The notes below the pieces were generated by a model. It was not told the origin of the DNA. It searched no databases and saw only the letters and a program-made list of their open reading frames with translations. Positions 60,304 through 64,000 of a DNA stretch of 64,000 nt are shown one piece after another. Every line of letters starts with the position of its first letter. The first letter of the stretch is position 1. Origin of the DNA: Candidatus Versatilivorator sp. (lineage in GTDB: Bacteria > Acidobacteriota > Terriglobia > Versatilivoradales > Versatilivoraceae); contig OZ242296.1 in assembly GCA_965207735.1 (NCBI GenBank), positions 4,416,001 through 4,480,000 on the forward strand. The letters run 5' to 3'. The position numbers and the translations under genes are program-made.

Positions 60304-60912
60304 CTAGAACCGTCGAAAGACTCCGATCACCTTGCCGACGATTTCAACCTCTTCCGGCCCCAGCTCGATGACCTGGTAGCGGGGGTTTTCCGGCTTCAGA
60401 CGAATCTTTCCGTCCGATCGATAGAAACGCTTCAGCGTGGCTTCGTCCCCGTCGACCCGAGCGACCACGATCTCTCCGTTTTCGGCCGTGGGCTGTTTTC
60501 TGACCAGAACCATATCTGCCGGCAGAATGTGAGCGTCGATCATGCTGTCCCCTTCCACTTTCAGCAGGAATACGGTTTCGTCCCCGACCCAATCGCGTGG
60601 CAAAGGAACCGTCCCCTCCCGGTTCTCCTCGGCCAGAATGGGGAGGCCGGCCTGAATGCGTCCCAGCAAAGGTAGCTCCACGGACCGTTCATTTCCGGTC
60701 ACCCCGCCTCGGGGCACGTTGGCCCGCGACTTGGACGGCTGGTGGTCCAAATATCCCTTGGCCCGCAGCACCTCGATATGTTGCTGGATGGCCTGGGCTG
60801 ACTTTCCCAGCGCCTGGGCCACCTCTCTCACCGAGGGAGGCAACCCCTGACGGATGCAGTAATCGTGTATATATTCGTACACTCGACGCTGCTTTTCGGT
60901 TAACGCTCTCAT
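60304..60912 (-). CDS. lexA: SOS transcriptional repressor
   Basis: LTEKQRRVY...PPSVREV HTH, A-G cleavage site (QAG), GDSM serine and TLKR lysine. Confidence 0.95.
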   Translation of the reverse strand: MRALTEKQRRVYEYIHDYCIRQGLPPSVREVAQALGKSAQAIQQHIEVLRAKGYLDHQPSKSRANVPRGGVTGNERSVELPLLGRIQAGLPILAEENREGTVPLPRDWVGDETVFLLKVEGDSMIDAHILPADMVLVRKQPTAENGEIVVARVDGDEATLKRFYRSDGKIRLKPENPRYQVIELGPEEVEIVGKVIGVFRRF

Positions 60913-61018
60913 GAGCCTGCCCTCCTGGAGGCCGGCACCCACCTCGAAGCCCCAGCCGCCACCTCGGTCCGGCCGACCGCGCGCTCTGGAGACTGCAATC
61001 GACGCCACATCAGGATAC

Positions 61019-61058
61019 GGACACACGTCAATATAGACATCTGTCCATATATTGTCAA
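61019..61058 (-). promoter_or_regulatory. lexA promoter (TTGACA-17-TATATT) with two overlapping RGAC-N4-GTC palindromes
   Basis: -35 at 61053-61058 and -10 at 61030-61035; GGAC-acac-GTCA 61019-61030; AGAC-atct-GTCC 61035-61046. Confidence 0.7.
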
Positions 61059-61084
61059 GGGGAACATTACGTGGACCGGCACTG

Positions 61085-61645
61085 CGTTCCCGAAGGGCGG
61101 ACCTGATTCTCCGCCTACGCGGCTGCGGGTGTCGGCGATCGTCACTTACGGGGCGCCGCGTTTGCCCCCCTCCGGATCGACTGCGGGCTTCGCCCATTCG
61201 TAGTCGCTCTCGGGGCGCCGAGCTTGCCCCCCTCCGGATCGACTGCGGGCTGCGCCCTTGTCTCTCCGACTCCCCCTCAAGGGGGGAGTGATACTTGAGG
61301 CTTGCATGGGGCGCCTTGCCCAATTGGCGGGCAGGATGTAAACCATGTTCCCGGTCTACCGCATTAACTCCGTTCCCTCTTTATAAAACGGATATCACTC
61401 CCCCCTTGAGGGGGAGTCGCAGAAGTCGAGCCGAATGGCGAAGGCTGATGCGGTGGGGGGCCGACGCGGCGCCTCCGAACGGCAGCGCCGGATGGCGAAG
61501 GCTGATGCGGTGGGGGGTTCGCACAAGGCGAGCCACAGGCGAGATCTTGTGCGCCGTAGCGGTAACCGCCGGCGTGCGTCGGTTGCGGTGGGGGAGTCGC
61601 AGCCGAGCCGAATGGCGAAGGCTGATGCGGTGGGGGGCGGACGCC
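61085..61645 (-). repeat. Family D composite palindromic repeat, second copy
   Basis: Inverted homolog of 52600-53025; internal tandem copies of ATGGCGAAGGCTGATGCGGTGGGGG (3x). Confidence 0.85.
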
Positions 61646-61916
61646 GGGCCGCCCTTACTGGCGGGGAAAACCACCCGCGCCCGCGCTGCCGCTTTCAGTT
61701 CCTCTCCGGAACCGTCATAATCGTGATGACCACTCCGCCGATGGCTTGGGAGCTCCTCGGGGCTTCCACCGGTCGGGGACCGGGATTTGGACCCATTCCA
61801 TGAGCCGGCCCTGCAGACGGGCCGGATGTCATCAAAAAATAGAAACCGAAGCAGCCGGGCTTTCGTTGTAAATGTATGACAAAAGAAGCCGGGCTGCGGG
61901 CAGGAACACCGGGACG

Positions 61917-62498
61917 ATGACGCCGCAGACCGAACTGGTTCGACGCAGCCAGCAAGGCGATGTACAGGCCTTCGAAGAACTGGTTGCCAGTTGCCAGCAA
62001 CGGGTGTTCGGTCTGATCTACCAGGTCCTTAGATCGCCGGAGGAGGTGGAAGACGTCGCGCAGGAGGTTTTCACCAAGCTGTACTTTTCTCTACCTCAAT
62101 TTCGTTTGGATTCCTCCTTTCAGGCCTGGCTCTACCGAATCGTAGTCAACCAGTGCTATGACCATTTGCGAAAGCGCAAGCGCACCCCTCAAATCAACTA
62201 TTCCGATCTTTCGGAAACCGAGGCCTCGGTCTTTGAAAGTCTACCGTCGCTCACCAAATCCAGGCCTCCCGATATCGGGAAGACCGTGGAAATGCGGGAG
62301 ATCGCGGACCGCTTGCTGAGCCTGCTGCCGCCCGCGGATCGCATGATGCTGGTGCTGAAGGAAATGGAGGACTTCTCGATCGAGGATTTGTCGGGTGTCT
62401 TCAAGATCTCCAAGAACGCTGTAAAGCTGAGGTTGTTCCGAGCGCGCCACCAATTGCGGCGTGCCTATGAGAAGGGGAGGCTCCCTCGGGGGAAGTAG
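61917..62498 (+). CDS. ECF RNA polymerase sigma-70 factor
   Basis: GDVQAFEELV, EDVAQEVF, WLYRIVVN and VKLRLFRAR motifs. Confidence 0.93.
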   Translation: MTPQTELVRRSQQGDVQAFEELVASCQQRVFGLIYQVLRSPEEVEDVAQEVFTKLYFSLPQFRLDSSFQAWLYRIVVNQCYDHLRKRKRTPQINYSDLSETEASVFESLPSLTKSRPPDIGKTVEMREIADRLLSLLPPADRMMLVLKEMEDFSIEDLSGVFKISKNAVKLRLFRARHQLRRAYEKGRLPRGK

Positions 62499-62502
62499 CC
62501 AT

Positions 62503-63030
62503 ATGGGCCATCGAACAGTCCGGTCTCAGTTGGAAGAATTTGCCGAATCCAAGCTGTCGCCGGAACAAAGGAAAGTGGTTGAGCGGCACTTGGCGAATTG
62601 TTCCGCCTGCAACCGGCACCTGCGCGCCCTGGGGTGGATCCGAGCATTGATGCGGGCGACCAGTCTGACCAACCATCCGGAACCGTCCCCGGGTTTTGCC
62701 CGGAGGCTGGCAAGGCGCCTGGAGAGCCACCGGGAAGTCTACCTCTTCTGGCTACCGCTTCGTGCCATGGCCCTGAAAGCCATCCCGGTGATGGCGCTTC
62801 TGACGATTCTCCTGGGAGCCATGGCTTTCCTTCAAGGACCCTCGGAAGCACCGACCCTTGCCGCCTGGGAAGATCCCCTGCTCGAATCCTACTCGGAGCA
62901 GCAAGACGGAATGACGGAAGCCGTATTCTCGGAAGCCGTTGCCGGAGATCCGAACCTGGCCGTCCGAACATTGATGGGAGATCCCGCGATTGGAATCGCG
63001 GTGGATGATGACTATGATGAATCTTTCTAA
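62503..63030 (+). CDS. Zinc-binding anti-sigma factor (zf-HC2)
   Basis: HLANCSAC (HxxxCxxC) and a single TM helix; directly after the ECF sigma gene. Confidence 0.88.
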   Translation: MGHRTVRSQLEEFAESKLSPEQRKVVERHLANCSACNRHLRALGWIRALMRATSLTNHPEPSPGFARRLARRLESHREVYLFWLPLRAMALKAIPVMALLTILLGAMAFLQGPSEAPTLAAWEDPLLESYSEQQDGMTEAVFSEAVAGDPNLAVRTLMGDPAIGIAVDDDYDESF

Positions 63031-63406
63031 GTTCAAGGCCCTGTTGGTCATTGCGGTTGTCTTCGTGCTGGGGGCGGTGGCCGGCGCCTCGCTCAGCCGG
63101 ACCGTTCTTCGGTCGATTTCCGCTTGGGGACCCCACCACCACTCCCGCGGACCCTTCATTGAGAAGCTACAGAAACGGCTCGACCTTTCCGGTGAACAGA
63201 GGACGCAAGTTCAAGCCATACTGGATGAATCCCACCAACAGTTCGGCAGGCTGCACAAAAGCGTCAAGCCTCAGTTCGAAACCATTCGCCAACAGATGGC
63301 GGAGAGGATTCGCAAAGAGTTGAATCCGGACCAAGCCCGGGAATTCGCGGCCATGCGCGCCGAGTACGAACAGCGCAAGGCCAAGCGTGAGAAGAAGTAC
63401 CGGTGA
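63014..63406 (+). CDS. Periplasmic helical protein (Spy/CpxP/heavy-metal-sensor-like)
   Basis: TM anchor and LDLSGEQ...LNPDQ (LTxxQ-like) motifs. Confidence 0.7.
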   Translation: MMNLSKFKALLVIAVVFVLGAVAGASLSRTVLRSISAWGPHHHSRGPFIEKLQKRLDLSGEQRTQVQAILDESHQQFGRLHKSVKPQFETIRQQMAERIRKELNPDQAREFAAMRAEYEQRKAKREKKYR

Positions 63407-63462
63407 GATTGCCTGCACTCTCCGCAAGTCCTTTCCCTATCCCGCCGATCGGCATCCGTTTA

Positions 63463-64000
63463 ATGCACCCCCTTTTGGTCCTCTCCTTTTCCCTGATGCT
63501 GACGGTCCCGTTCGCCTCAGCATGCCTTGGCTCCGATGCGGACAGGAGCGCCAAGGGCCCTGCTCGGTACAAGGGACGCATCATTGCTCCGGTGATGAGC
63601 GCCTCCGGGGCCGATTGGCTGAATCGGCCCGAACGGGAGAAGATGGAGATTCCCGATCGCCTGCTGGATGCCCTGCAGATCGAATCCGGGATGACGGTGG
63701 CGGACGTGGGGGCCGGAATCGGTTACTTCAGTTGGAGAATCGCCAAACGGGTGGGCCCCGAGGGTCGGGTACTGGCGGTGGAAATCCAGCCTGAGATGCT
63801 GGAACGTCTAGGTGCGGAGATGAAGAAGCGGGACATCAGGAATGTCCGGTCCATCCTGGGAACGCCGGTGGACCCGAATCTGCCCGCCCAATCGGTGGAC
63901 CTGGCGCTCATGGTGGACGTCTACCACGAGTTTCAGCACCCGGAGGCGATGGTTGCCAAGATCCGCGAGTCCCTCAAGGAGAACGGCCGCATGGTCCTGG
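63463..64000 (+). CDS. Class I SAM-dependent methyltransferase (partial)
   Basis: Manual translation: signal peptide, WLNRPERE, VADVGAGIGYF, AVEIQPEML and DVYHEF; runs off the window. Confidence 0.88.
   Translation, partial: MHPLLVLSFSLMLTVPFASACLGSDADRSAKGPARYKGRIIAPVMSASGADWLNRPEREKMEIPDRLLDALQIESGMTVADVGAGIGYFSWRIAKRVGPEGRVLAVEIQPEMLERLGAEMKKRDIRNVRSILGTPVDPNLPAQSVDLALMVDVYHEFQHPEAMVAKIRESLKENGRMVL

Noticed and set aside
60913-61323. Long N-terminal extension of LexA in the ORF track
   Set aside because: It runs through the promoter and the family D repeat; a GGAGG RBS supports ATG 60912.

Overview
GC-rich bacterial chromosomal window. The DUF1501/DUF1549-DUF1553 genes and a complete Na+-NQR suggest a marine Acidobacteriota/PVC-like organism; that assignment is inference only. 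Coding content is mostly housekeeping and metabolic: a DUF1501-DUF1553-PPC cluster, a small lower-GC islet with two TlpA thioredoxins beside a tyrosine-recombinase remnant, iolD-iolE-iolG plus an aldolase, an ABC exporter, an FG-GAP repeat protein, selB, galU, aroF, folD-coaE-dsbD-tlpA, htrA, nqrABCDEF-apbE-nqrM, ilvD, Smr, lexA and an ECF sigma/anti-sigma module. The most interesting signals are non-coding. (1) Head-to-tail arrays of a ~180-bp repeat end in GTTGTTTCAG(G/A)CAAG, the same sequence that follows an IS110 recombinase gene; that IS110 sits in register inside one array and carries a structured candidate bridge RNA. (2) An unannotated 37-aa W-Y-F-W leader peptide with terminator/antiterminator lies upstream of aroF. 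(3) A promoter-driven structured ncRNA candidate lies between selB and galU. (4) Candidate LexA and Rex/CRP operators are present. (5) A VapC toxin gene appears deleted in frame, leaving an orphan antitoxin. (6) Repeats supply the termini of two proteins. No CRISPR array, rRNA or tRNA was found.
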